A stretch of DNA of 64,000 bases from Minisyncoccota bacterium (GTDB taxonomy: Bacteria; Patescibacteriota; Minisyncoccia; Phycocordibacterales; UBA5272): contig JAGORG010000005.1 in NCBI GenBank assembly GCA_018062965.1, forward strand, positions 604 through 64,603. The letters are read 5' to 3'. Shown in pieces: positions 45,106 to 54,026 of the stretch. Below the pieces are notes generated by a model. That model did not search any database, had not been told where the DNA came from, and worked only from the letters and a program-made list of their open reading frames with translations. Both the position numbers and the translations under genes were made by a program. How positions within the stretch are numbered: the first letter of the stretch is position 1; each line of letters begins with the position of its first letter.

Positions 45106-46350
45106 ATGAAAAGGCAAGACCTACAAAAAGCTGAATTGCCTGAAGTTCCTGGAGTATATTTTTTCCGGGACAAAGAAGGAAATATCCTCTATATAGGAAA
45201 AGCTACTAGTCTACGCGACCGTGTGCGTAGTTATTTCAATCCGGACCTCATGAAAGCCCGTGGGCTTCGTTTAGTGAGCATGGTTACCATTGCAGATACG
45301 GTAACATTTCAAACAACAGAAAGCGTACTTGAGGCACTTCTTCTTGAAAGTAAGCTCATCAAAAAACATAATCCTCCGTATAATGCAAAAGAAAAAGATA
45401 ACAAGAGCTTTAGCTGTGTTGTGATAACCAAAGAGCAGTTCCCTCGGGTGCTTATTATGCGTATCAGAGACTATGAAAAGCGCTACACAAAGAAAGACGT
45501 TCAGGTTGTCTATGGACCATTTGCTTCACTGCAAACGCTCAGGGACGCCATGAAGATTATCCGTAAACTGTTTCCGTATCGAGATAGATGCGAACCTTGT
45601 ATAGTAGATGGTGTTTATGGGCTACGCACATCGTGCAAGCCATGCTTCAATACCCAGATAAAACTCTGCCCAGGGGTCTGTTACGGTGCAATTTCTGAGC
45701 AGGAATATAAAAGACATATATCCAATGTGCAGAAACTCCTCGAAGGTAAAAAGACAGAAATAAAAAAGAGTCTAGAGAAAGAGATGAAAGACTATGCCAA
45801 AAAAGAGGCTTTTGAAAAAGCTGCACATGTCCGTAATACCTTGTGGGCGCTTGATCATATAAAAGACACTAGCCTTATTAAGGAAGATGAAATATTGTCT
45901 TTTAAACATGCCGCATTTCGTATTGAGGCGTATGATGTTGCACACATCTCTGGCACATCTCGAGTAGGGGTCATGGTTGCTCTTGAGGGAAAGGAAAAGA
46001 TGAAAGAGGATTACCGCAAGTTTAAGCTCCCAGAAAAAACAAACGACGATTATGCTGGATTACGTGAAATCCTAACTCGCCGTTTTGCTCATACTGAGTG
46101 GCGATATCCAGACCTTATTGTGATAGATGGGGGACTGGCTCACAAGCAAACTGCAGAAAAAGTACTCGCCACACTCGGACTTAGTATCCCATGTGTTTCG
46201 GTTGTGAAAGATAAAGGACATAAAGCAAAAGACATACTTGGAACCAAGCTTCATGTGGATAACCATACAAAGGAAATACTTTTAGCTAACGCTGAGTCTC
46301 ACCGTTTTGCAATCGGCTACCACAAACTCTTACGAAATAAGGTTGCATAA
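45106..46350 (+). CDS. uvrC: Excinuclease ABC subunit C (short form lacking an obvious C-terminal (HhH)2)
   Basis: GIY-YIG domain GVYFFRDKEGNILYIGKATSLRDRVRSYF, a Cys cluster (CEPC...C..C...C..C), and an RNase H-like endonuclease region. The promoter TTGCAA-16-TACAAT lies 7 nt before the ATG at 45106. Confidence 0.85.
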   Translation: MKRQDLQKAELPEVPGVYFFRDKEGNILYIGKATSLRDRVRSYFNPDLMKARGLRLVSMVTIADTVTFQTTESVLEALLLESKLIKKHNPPYNAKEKDNKSFSCVVITKEQFPRVLIMRIRDYEKRYTKKDVQVVYGPFASLQTLRDAMKIIRKLFPYRDRCEPCIVDGVYGLRTSCKPCFNTQIKLCPGVCYGAISEQEYKRHISNVQKLLEGKKTEIKKSLEKEMKDYAKKEAFEKAAHVRNTLWALDHIKDTSLIKEDEILSFKHAAFRIEAYDVAHISGTSRVGVMVALEGKEKMKEDYRKFKLPEKTNDDYAGLREILTRRFAHTEWRYPDLIVIDGGLAHKQTAEKVLATLGLSIPCVSVVKDKGHKAKDILGTKLHVDNHTKEILLANAESHRFAIGYHKLLRNKVA

Positions 46351-46476
46351 TCGCATGCCCCAGTACGTGTCAAGGGTAACTCTTGACACCAAATTCTTGG
46401 ACAAAAAAGATGGCTTTTTCTAGGTGCTTAGGTACACTGGATTCATTACAAATCCAACTAAAAATGATACGCGTGT

Positions 46477-49434
46477 ATGTCAATGCTACAAGTTATTAAG
46501 AAGCGAAACGGGGATGTTGTTCCATTTGAATTAGATAAAATTGAGCTTGCTATCAAGAAAGCTTTTGTGAGTATTTTGCGTGATGAGAAGCCTCTCGTTG
46601 CAAAGCATATTTCTGAGCTGGTTGCTAAAGAGCTTGAACTTGAAGCTCTCACTCGAGATGGGTATGTGCCGAGTGTTGAACACACTCAGGATTTGGTGGA
46701 AAAGCACATCATGGGTGCAGGTTTCTTTGACGTAGCAAAAGCGTACATCATTTATCGTTATGAGCGTTCAAAAGAACGAGAAGAAAAGAAGTTGGAAACT
46801 CTTGAAAAAGTGGAAGAGGGTGGACTCTACATTACAAAGCGCGACGGAACACGTCAAAAGTTCGACATAGCTAAAGTTCGCGCAAGTGTTCAGTATGTTG
46901 CTCATGGATATGAAGATGTCATCAATATTGATCAAATCATCAACCAGGTGAAGCTCGAAGTCTTTGAAGGGATGACAACAAAGGAGATCAAAAAAGCAAT
47001 CATCATGACAGTTCGTGCACTTATCGAACAAGACCCAGCGTATTCATATGTGGCTTCACGCTTGGTTCTTGCTCAAATCAACGAAGATCTACTCGGGTCT
47101 TCTATTAATTACGAGCAGATTGAAACTCAGTACAAAGAAGCTTTTGTTAAAGGTATCACTCGTGGTGTGGAGCGCGGTCTTTTGGATGACCGCATGAAGC
47201 ACTTTGACCTTGCTCGCCTCGCAGAGTCTCTTGTGCGCTCTCGAGATGAGCTCTTTATGTATCTCGGTTCTCAAACATTGTATGAGAGATACTTGGTTCG
47301 AGATGTAGAAGGTGATGGACAGATCATTGAACATATCCAAGGATTCTGGATGCGTGTTGCCATGGGTATCGCTCTTGCAGAAAAGGAGCTCGATCGTACA
47401 ACAAAGGCGATTGAATTTTATGAAGCGATGTCACAGCTTCGTTTCGTACCGTCATCGCCAACTCTTTTCCACGCTGGGACAAAGCATCCTCAGCTTTCAA
47501 GTTGCTATCTCAACACAGTAGGAGACTCACTCGAGTCTATCTTTAAGGTGTACTCAGATAACGCACAGCTTTCAAAGTGGGCAGGGGGTATCGGAACTGA
47601 CTGGACACACGTACGTGCATCAGGTTCCCTTGTAAAGAAATCAGGTATCAAATCAAACGGTATTATTCCATTTCTTAAAATCGCAAACGACGTAACTGTT
47701 GCTATTAACCGTTCGGGTCGCCGCCGTGGAGCGACCTGTGTGTATCTCGAAAATTGGCACTACGACGTAGAAGAATTTCTAGAACTTCGTAAAAACACTG
47801 GAGATGATCGCCGCCGAACACATGATATGGACACAGCGCTCTGGATTTCTGACCTCTTTATGAAGCGTGTGAAAGAAGATGGAGATTGGACACTGTTCAC
47901 GCCGGATGAAGTGCCAGAACTTCCAGAAACATACGGAGCTACATTTGAATCACACTATGTTCGCTACGAAAATCTTGCAAAAGAAGGCAAGATGAAAGTG
48001 TACAAGCAGATGAAAGCTCGTGAACTGTGGCGAAAGCAAATCACGATGCTGTACGAAACAGGTCACCCATGGATTACATGGAAGGATCCATCAAATGTCC
48101 GTTCACCACAGGATCATGTTGGAGTTGTTCACAACTCAAACCTCTGTACAGAGATCACACTAAACAACTCTACAGAAGAAACAGCTGTGTGTAACTTGGG
48201 TTCACTCAACTTCCAGCGTCTTATGCGAGACGGAAAGTTTGATGTAGACCTCGTAGCTGCAACAGCGCGTACTGCTATGCGTATGCTCGATAACGTTATC
48301 GACGTAAACTACTACCCAACAATAGAAGCAAAGCGATCAAACTTCCGCCATCGTCCAGTTGGTCTTGGGCTTATGGGCTTCCATGACGCTCTCTATATGA
48401 TGGATATCAACTTTGACTCTGATGAAGCGGTAAAGTTTGCTGACGAATCAATGGAACTCATCTCATATCACGCTATCTGGGCGTCTGCTGACCTTGCTCG
48501 TGAACGAGGGTCATACGAAACATTCAAGGGATCAAAATGGGATCGAGGTATTTTCCCAATTGATACACTCGCTCTCCTTGAAAAGGAACGCGGGCTTGCT
48601 ATTGATGTACAAAAAGGTGGACGACTCGACTGGACTCCTGTTCGTCAGGCTGTTGCACAGTACGGCATGCGTAACTCCAACACTATGGCGATGGCACCAA
48701 CTGCAACCATCTCAAACATTGTTGGTTCAGTTCCAACGATTGAGCCTATCTACAAGAATATCTATGTAAAGGCAAACATGAATGGTGACTTTATCATCAT
48801 CAACCCATACCTCGTACAAGATTTGAAGGCACTCAAGCTTTGGGATTTTGAAATGATAGGACTCCTTAAATATCATGATGGTTCTGTGCGTGATATCCCA
48901 TCAATCCCAGCTCATCTGAAAGATAAGTACAAAGAAGTGTTCCAGATTGATCCGTCATGGCTTATCAAATCAGCTGCTGCTCGCGGAAAGTGGGTGGATA
49001 TGTCACAGTCGCTCAACATTTACTTTGCTGGTACATCAGGGCGTGAACTCGCTGGTATCTACGAATACGCTTGGAACCAAGGTCTCAAGACTACGTACTA
49101 CCTACGATCACTCGGTGCATCTCAAGTTGAAAAGTCTACTGTAAACGCATCAGAATTTGGTTCTACACACAAGCGTGAAGCCGGGTCTTCACAAACAACA
49201 TCAGCTGTTAGTACGGAAGCTGTTCCAAGTCCAGTAAGTATTGCTCAGGCGGTTGCAGTAGCTACACCTGCAGTAGAGGTTGTCGCAGAAGTAACTCAAG
49301 CCCCAGTTATGTCGACATATGTAAATCAGTCTCCTGTTGAAATGAAAGAACAGGTAACTGTACCTGTAACTGTTCCAAATCAAAAGTTTAAGATTACGGT
49401 AATGCCAGAAGCGATGTGTGACGGGTGCCAGTAA
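46477..49434 (+). CDS. nrdA: Ribonucleoside-diphosphate reductase alpha subunit (class I) with two N-terminal ATP-cone domains
   Basis: Two ATP-cone repeats (VIKKRNGDVVPFELDKIELAIKKA and ITKRDGTRQKFDIAKVRASVQY), RNR large-subunit core (NLCTEI, catalytic Cys/Glu region) and a C-terminal redox tail ...CDGCQ after a low-complexity Ala/Val/Thr-rich extension. Confidence 0.95.
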   Translation: MSMLQVIKKRNGDVVPFELDKIELAIKKAFVSILRDEKPLVAKHISELVAKELELEALTRDGYVPSVEHTQDLVEKHIMGAGFFDVAKAYIIYRYERSKEREEKKLETLEKVEEGGLYITKRDGTRQKFDIAKVRASVQYVAHGYEDVINIDQIINQVKLEVFEGMTTKEIKKAIIMTVRALIEQDPAYSYVASRLVLAQINEDLLGSSINYEQIETQYKEAFVKGITRGVERGLLDDRMKHFDLARLAESLVRSRDELFMYLGSQTLYERYLVRDVEGDGQIIEHIQGFWMRVAMGIALAEKELDRTTKAIEFYEAMSQLRFVPSSPTLFHAGTKHPQLSSCYLNTVGDSLESIFKVYSDNAQLSKWAGGIGTDWTHVRASGSLVKKSGIKSNGIIPFLKIANDVTVAINRSGRRRGATCVYLENWHYDVEEFLELRKNTGDDRRRTHDMDTALWISDLFMKRVKEDGDWTLFTPDEVPELPETYGATFESHYVRYENLAKEGKMKVYKQMKARELWRKQITMLYETGHPWITWKDPSNVRSPQDHVGVVHNSNLCTEITLNNSTEETAVCNLGSLNFQRLMRDGKFDVDLVAATARTAMRMLDNVIDVNYYPTIEAKRSNFRHRPVGLGLMGFHDALYMMDINFDSDEAVKFADESMELISYHAIWASADLARERGSYETFKGSKWDRGIFPIDTLALLEKERGLAIDVQKGGRLDWTPVRQAVAQYGMRNSNTMAMAPTATISNIVGSVPTIEPIYKNIYVKANMNGDFIIINPYLVQDLKALKLWDFEMIGLLKYHDGSVRDIPSIPAHLKDKYKEVFQIDPSWLIKSAAARGKWVDMSQSLNIYFAGTSGRELAGIYEYAWNQGLKTTYYLRSLGASQVEKSTVNASEFGSTHKREAGSSQTTSAVSTEAVPSPVSIAQAVAVATPAVEVVAEVTQAPVMSTYVNQSPVEMKEQVTVPVTVPNQKFKITVMPEAMCDGCQ

Positions 49435-49492
49435 TTATTACTACACAAACTACAAAACCTTATAAACCAATTACAAACTAATACGTATTCCT

Positions 49493-50605
49493 ATGCCACC
49501 ACTTAACAATCCACAACCAACAGTTTCAACATCCGCCGCAAATCCTCCGTTTGGCGATCCTGGACATCGTCCAATCATTCAACGTGGAGCCGGAAGAGTC
49601 GATGTGAATGACCGAAAAATCATCAACGGTGGTGGTGCTGATGTGGTGCAGTTGTGGCCGATCAAGCACAAGTTTGCATGGGACGCGTACAACGTAGGAA
49701 ATGCGAATCACTGGCTTCCAACAGAAATCAGTATGCAGTCAGATATCGAGCAGTGGAGATCTCAAAACGTTCTCACAGAAGACGAACGTCACGCGCTTCG
49801 TATGGTGCTCGGGTTCTTTACTACAGCAGACTCAATCGCAGCGAACAACTTGGTGCTCGCATTCTATAAGCACATAACATCTCCAGAGACACGTCTATAC
49901 CTTCTCCGTCAGGCCTATGAAGAGGCGATTCACACACAAGCGTATCAGTACATTGTGGAATCTCTTGGGCTAGATGGAACAGAGATCTTTAACATGTATC
50001 GCGAGGTTGATGCGATTTACGACAAGGAAGAGTTTATACTGTCTTTCAATGAAGGTATCTTTGACCCACATTTCAAAACAGGAACATTTGAAGCGGATCA
50101 AAAGTTCTTGGAAAACATCTGCGTATTCTCACTTATCCTTGAAGGAATATTCTTCTACTCGTCATTTGCGGTTATGTTTGGCTTCCAGCGACAAAACAAA
50201 CTGATTGGTTCTGCAGAACAGATTCAGTACATTATGCGTGATGAAAGTAATCACATGAACTTCGGTATTGATATGATTAATACAATCAAGGAGGAACAGC
50301 CAGAATTGTGGACACCACAGTTTGTGGAGCGTATTACTAATCTTGTAAAGAAAGCTGTTGTGCTCGAATACCAGTTTGCTGTGGATGTATTTCCAAAAGG
50401 AATATTTGGATTGAACGCTGAAGGTTTCAAGCAGTACATCGAACATATCGCAGATAGACGATTGTCACGTGTTGGTATCAACCCTATCTACGGTTCAGCA
50501 AATCCGTTCCCATGGATGTCAGAAGCGGTGGATTTGAGTAAGGAGAAGAATTTCTTTGAGACTCGAGTTACTGAGTATAAGACTGGTGGCACGTTGGATT
50601 GGTAG
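49493..50605 (+). CDS. nrdB: Ribonucleoside-diphosphate reductase beta subunit
   Basis: Ferritin-like di-iron ligand motif EEAIHTQAY, a second ...MRDESNHMNFG (E..H), and a tyrosyl radical region. Confidence 0.9.
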   Translation: MPPLNNPQPTVSTSAANPPFGDPGHRPIIQRGAGRVDVNDRKIINGGGADVVQLWPIKHKFAWDAYNVGNANHWLPTEISMQSDIEQWRSQNVLTEDERHALRMVLGFFTTADSIAANNLVLAFYKHITSPETRLYLLRQAYEEAIHTQAYQYIVESLGLDGTEIFNMYREVDAIYDKEEFILSFNEGIFDPHFKTGTFEADQKFLENICVFSLILEGIFFYSSFAVMFGFQRQNKLIGSAEQIQYIMRDESNHMNFGIDMINTIKEEQPELWTPQFVERITNLVKKAVVLEYQFAVDVFPKGIFGLNAEGFKQYIEHIADRRLSRVGINPIYGSANPFPWMSEAVDLSKEKNFFETRVTEYKTGGTLDW

Positions 50606-50796
50606 TCTGCTTCCACTTTTAGCGAATTTCCTCGTTGTCTTTGCTTGCTCACACCTCAATGTACTACATGTGCATCTTCAGTGTTCGCAAGCTAGACGCC
50701 TCGAACTTCATCTAAAACTCAAAGCTTGAATCTAGTCACCTTTATCTACATGGTGTAAGTATCTGCTTCTACGAGTGTGTTTGATATACTATCTAT

Positions 50797-51732
50797 ATGA
50801 AAATTCCTCAGGCTAATTTGCCAAAAGTTGCCGTACTGCGCGGGGGAAATGTTAAGCGAGAAACATCTCTTAGTGAAGGTGCTCTTTTGTTGTCATCTCT
50901 GTCGAAGATAGGGTACGAACCATATGATGTTTTGATTGAAGAGGATGGCACATGGGTGCATCGTGGTATGCCGACAGATCCACATGCTGTGTTTACTCGT
51001 GTTGATGGGTATGTTGATACAACACGAACCAACAAAGAAATCTATCACGATCTAGCGTCTCGCATGGGGATACCGGACGTCCTTCGTGGACACGAGCTTC
51101 CTCATGATGAAGACAGCGAGACAACATTTCGTATTTTGCGCCAAGCAGGTATCGCTGTTCCTGAGACAGCAGTTATACGCGCACGAGGTGCAGTTGTAGA
51201 TGAACACTTGTATGAACTGTGGCGCACTATGCATACGCCGCTTCTCGTGAGGTCGCTTTCTCCACAGAGAAGTGAATCGGCAAAGCTTGTGCGCTCTCTT
51301 AAAACATTGCGTGACACCATTAACTCATTTTTAGAAAAACAAGAAGACGTGCATATTTTGACGTATACAGATGTTCCAACGTACAGTATCGCAGTACTTC
51401 CTGCGTACAGAGGAGAACCTTACTACACACCATTTCCCGTGTTCACTAAAGGCACAAAAGGTGAGGTGCCACACGGAGCATCAAAGCTCTACGGATACAC
51501 TGACGGCTCACCTGAAGATCGTATGCGTATTGCTTCTCTCGCACAAGAGGTTGCGAAAGCTTTGTCAGTAGCAACACCCGTTACGGTGGATATTATAAAA
51601 GATAAAGATGTATACAAAGTAGTTCGTGTTGATGTTGCTCCATCATTGCGTCCGGAAGGAAGATTTCTTTCATCACTTGCAACAACCGGGGTTGATATAG
51701 GCCACTATATTCACAGTAAATTATTTATATAA
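50797..51732 (+). CDS. D-alanine--D-alanine ligase-like ATP-grasp protein (divergent, possibly non-canonical)
   Basis: The N-terminus KVAVLRGGNVKRETSLSEGALL matches Ddl [20 protein letters not shown]. Further matches are PLLVRSLSPQRSESAKLV~PVIVKPSREGSSVGMSKV, VRVDV and the APSLRPEG region ~RIDVML...EANTSPGMT. Several catalytic positions appear substituted. A TGaTATACT box lies 6 nt before the ATG. Confidence 0.6.
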   Translation: MKIPQANLPKVAVLRGGNVKRETSLSEGALLLSSLSKIGYEPYDVLIEEDGTWVHRGMPTDPHAVFTRVDGYVDTTRTNKEIYHDLASRMGIPDVLRGHELPHDEDSETTFRILRQAGIAVPETAVIRARGAVVDEHLYELWRTMHTPLLVRSLSPQRSESAKLVRSLKTLRDTINSFLEKQEDVHILTYTDVPTYSIAVLPAYRGEPYYTPFPVFTKGTKGEVPHGASKLYGYTDGSPEDRMRIASLAQEVAKALSVATPVTVDIIKDKDVYKVVRVDVAPSLRPEGRFLSSLATTGVDIGHYIHSKLFI

Positions 51733-51733
51733 T

Positions 51734-51817
51734 ATGACACAACGTGATCGAATGCTCATTGCGTACATCTTTGCACTTCCTGTGATTGGGGTCATTGTTA
51801 TTCTTTTGTTTAAGTAA
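51734..51817 (+). CDS. Possible 27-aa hydrophobic micro-protein, translationally coupled 1 nt after the ddl-like stop
   Basis: MTQRDRMLIAYIFALPVIGVIVILLFK, with an ATG 1 nt after the upstream TAA. A strong bidirectional terminator lies at 51855-51889. Confidence 0.25.
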   Translation: MTQRDRMLIAYIFALPVIGVIVILLFK

Positions 51818-51854
51818 ATCTATAGATAGGTTGCATTAGATTGTTTCCCAAACA

Positions 51855-51889
51855 AAAAAGCGCTCCTCTGGTAAGTTAGCGCTTTTTTG
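51855..51889. terminator. Bidirectional terminator AAAAAAGCGCT-cctctggtaagtt-AGCGCTTTTTT
   Basis: Hairpin flanked by an A-run and a T-run. Confidence 0.7.
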
Positions 51890-52156
51890 TTTCTGCGAGT
51901 TGCCTCGAGACGTCTTTGTTTGATGCGTTTATTCGTGAGCATGTCTTTCGATTGCTTCCCAGTTGTTTTTGAAGCCGCATCTACTTTTTTATCGGCTTCG
52001 ATAGTTAATCGGCACAACACTCGGTATCTGTATAGATTCAAAGTAATTGTCGTCTTTATACTATTAAAAGCTGATAACCAAACAACTGCCTAACACCCAG
52101 TGTAGCAAGCCCGCGTGGTATACTCAAGTCATTACAAGAGAGTTATTCACACTTTT

Positions 52157-52555
52157 ATGTCATACATCGGAAGCATAGAACAATTAGGGGTGAAGAACGA
52201 CAACTTTCGCGAAGTTGTCTTTACGGGTACAAAGTCACAACTTGTTGTGATGTCAATTCCAGTTAACACTGATGTAGGAGAAGAGACTCACGAGTTTGTT
52301 GAACAGACACTCTATATTATTTCTGGAGTTTGCAAGGTTATGTTAAATGATGAAGAGCACATCGTAAGTGGGGGAGATGTGGTTGTTGTTACACCTGGAA
52401 CAAAACATAATTTTATAAACGTAGGTGAAGACGTTGTAAAAATTATCACAACGTATTCGCCACCAAACCATATCGATGGTCGTGTTCATGTAACAAAAGA
52501 AGATGCAGACAATGATACAGAAGATGAAGCATTTGGACACCAGTACACAAGCTAA
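52157..52555 (+). CDS. Cupin-domain protein
   Basis: From the ATG at 52157: MSYIGSIEQLGVKNDNFREVVFTGTKSQLVVMSIPVNTDVGEETHEFVEQTLYIISGVCKVMLNDEEHIVSGGDVVVVTPGTKHNFINVG, which is a cupin_2 pattern (G(X)5HXH...G...P.G..H). The GTG start at 52115 in the ORF track overlaps the TATACT box and is unlikely. Confidence 0.55.
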   Translation: MSYIGSIEQLGVKNDNFREVVFTGTKSQLVVMSIPVNTDVGEETHEFVEQTLYIISGVCKVMLNDEEHIVSGGDVVVVTPGTKHNFINVGEDVVKIITTYSPPNHIDGRVHVTKEDADNDTEDEAFGHQYTS

Positions 52556-53330
52556 CGATAGGGCTTTTATACAAGCTGTTACGTCGCATTATAAAAAATC
52601 TGGCAGGCACGATCTTCCTTGGCGTAGAGGTTTTTTGGCGTATGAAATACTAGTGAGCGAACTCATGCTTCAACAAACACAAGTGTCTCGTGTTATTTCA
52701 AAATATGAAATGTGGATGAAAACATACCCAACACTGGCCAAGCTTAAAAAAGCGAGCTTGCAAGATATTTTGGTTATGTGGCAAGGTCTCGGATATCAGC
52801 GTCGCGCAAAAGCGCTGTATGAAATTGCACAAAAATGTTCGAGCATTCCAAAAACATACAATGAGCTCATCGAGCTTCCTGGAATTGGTCCATACACTGC
52901 TTCCGCTATCATGGCATTTGCGTATAACACCCTCGGACATCCATTGGTTGAAACAAATATACGCACAGCGCTCATTGAGTATTTTCATGTTGGTAAAGAA
53001 AGTGTGACAGATACTATGCTTATGGAAGATTTGAAACGACTTGAGTTATATGTGTCTGTGAAGCGACAAGGTGCACGCCAGTGGTATCTTGCATGTATGG
53101 ACTACGGATCGTATCTGAAGACGCACAAAATATCACACAATCAAAAAGTAAAAGGCTACACCAAACAATCACCATACAAAGGATCTTTACGAGAACTTCG
53201 TGCACAGGCTTTATTTGCTATTACACACAAGAAACCTCTCCCGCAAGACAAACGACTGACCACTGTTCTCGCGCAGCTTCTGCAAGAGGGTTTTATTGTC
53301 GCCCAAGGAAAAACATATAAGATTGCTTAA
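52503..53330 (+). CDS. mutY: HhH-GPD DNA glycosylase, MutY-like (adenine glycosylase family), apparently lacking the 4Fe-4S Cys cluster
   Basis: LPWRRGFLAYEILVSELMLQQTQVSRVISKYEMWMKTYPTLAKLKKASLQDILVMWQGLGYQRRAKALYEIAQKC...ELPGIGPYTASAIMAFAYN aligns with the E. coli MutY N-domain (LPWQ...[32 protein letters not shown]...LGYYARARNLH...ALPGVGRSTAGAILS). The true start is probably an internal ATG (MKHLD, about 52524). The 5' end overlaps the cupin gene. Confidence 0.7.
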   Translation: MQTMIQKMKHLDTSTQANDRAFIQAVTSHYKKSGRHDLPWRRGFLAYEILVSELMLQQTQVSRVISKYEMWMKTYPTLAKLKKASLQDILVMWQGLGYQRRAKALYEIAQKCSSIPKTYNELIELPGIGPYTASAIMAFAYNTLGHPLVETNIRTALIEYFHVGKESVTDTMLMEDLKRLELYVSVKRQGARQWYLACMDYGSYLKTHKISHNQKVKGYTKQSPYKGSLRELRAQALFAITHKKPLPQDKRLTTVLAQLLQEGFIVAQGKTYKIA

Positions 53331-54016
53331 TCAAGACCAAGTTCTTTAAGTAGTGTGGTTACTTGTCGAGGTGAAAGCACGTGTGATTTACCAGATGTTA
53401 GTCCGTGTATCAAGAAAGACATAATACGAATTCTTTTGAGACTGACAATGGTTAAGTTAAGTGCGTTCATCATACGACGTATCTCATGTTTCTTGCCTTC
53501 AGTTAGGATGATACGTAGACGATGACCATCTTCATAAATTTTTATATCTTTTACAGGAGCATACTGTGCTTCCTGAGTTCGTATTCCTTTTTTGAGCAGT
53601 GTTTCAACACGTGGTGTTGCTTTCTCTCGTATAACCACTTCGTATTCTTTTTCTCGGGCGTGTAGCGGGTTAAGTAATGCATCGATAACACGATAGTCGT
53701 TAGTATATAAAAGTAAACCCTCACTTTCTTTATCGAGTCTTCCAACTGGTTCACACCCAGGGAGGTCTGAGACTTTACCGGTTACTTGTCCACGAGGTTT
53801 GTAGTACAGAGCGTACACAGGGCTGTGACCAGGCAGTTGCATGGTTACGACGTCTTTGTTTTTTACCTTGTCACCAAGTACCGCTACACGGTCATTTATC
53901 ATAACCAAACCCAAAGAGATAAGCGAATCAGCTTTTCTTCTCGAGACAACACCACTATCACTCAGATATTTATTAAGTCGAATAAGTTCTTTGCTCTCTA
54001 CGGTAAATGTTTTCAT
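53327..54016 (-). CDS. rsuA: Pseudouridine synthase, RsuA/RluB family, with an N-terminal S4 domain
   Basis: S4 domain IRLNKYLSDSGVVSRRKADSLISLGLVMINDRVA, and catalytic Asp motif GRLDKESEGLLLYTNDY. Confidence 0.85.
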   Translation of the reverse strand: MKTFTVESKELIRLNKYLSDSGVVSRRKADSLISLGLVMINDRVAVLGDKVKNKDVVTMQLPGHSPVYALYYKPRGQVTGKVSDLPGCEPVGRLDKESEGLLLYTNDYRVIDALLNPLHAREKEYEVVIREKATPRVETLLKKGIRTQEAQYAPVKDIKIYEDGHRLRIILTEGKKHEIRRMMNALNLTIVSLKRIRIMSFLIHGLTSGKSHVLSPRQVTTLLKELGLD

Positions 54017-54026
54017 GGGTTAGTTT

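Noticed and set aside
51820-52093. ORFs of 73 aa (-) and 68 aa (+) spanning the 51855-51889 terminator
   Set aside because: They read through a strong bidirectional terminator hairpin and have no start-site signals.
52115-52156. GTG start at 52115 for the cupin gene, as given by the ORF track
   Set aside because: That start overlaps the TATACT promoter box. The ATG at 52157 fits the native -10/start spacing better.
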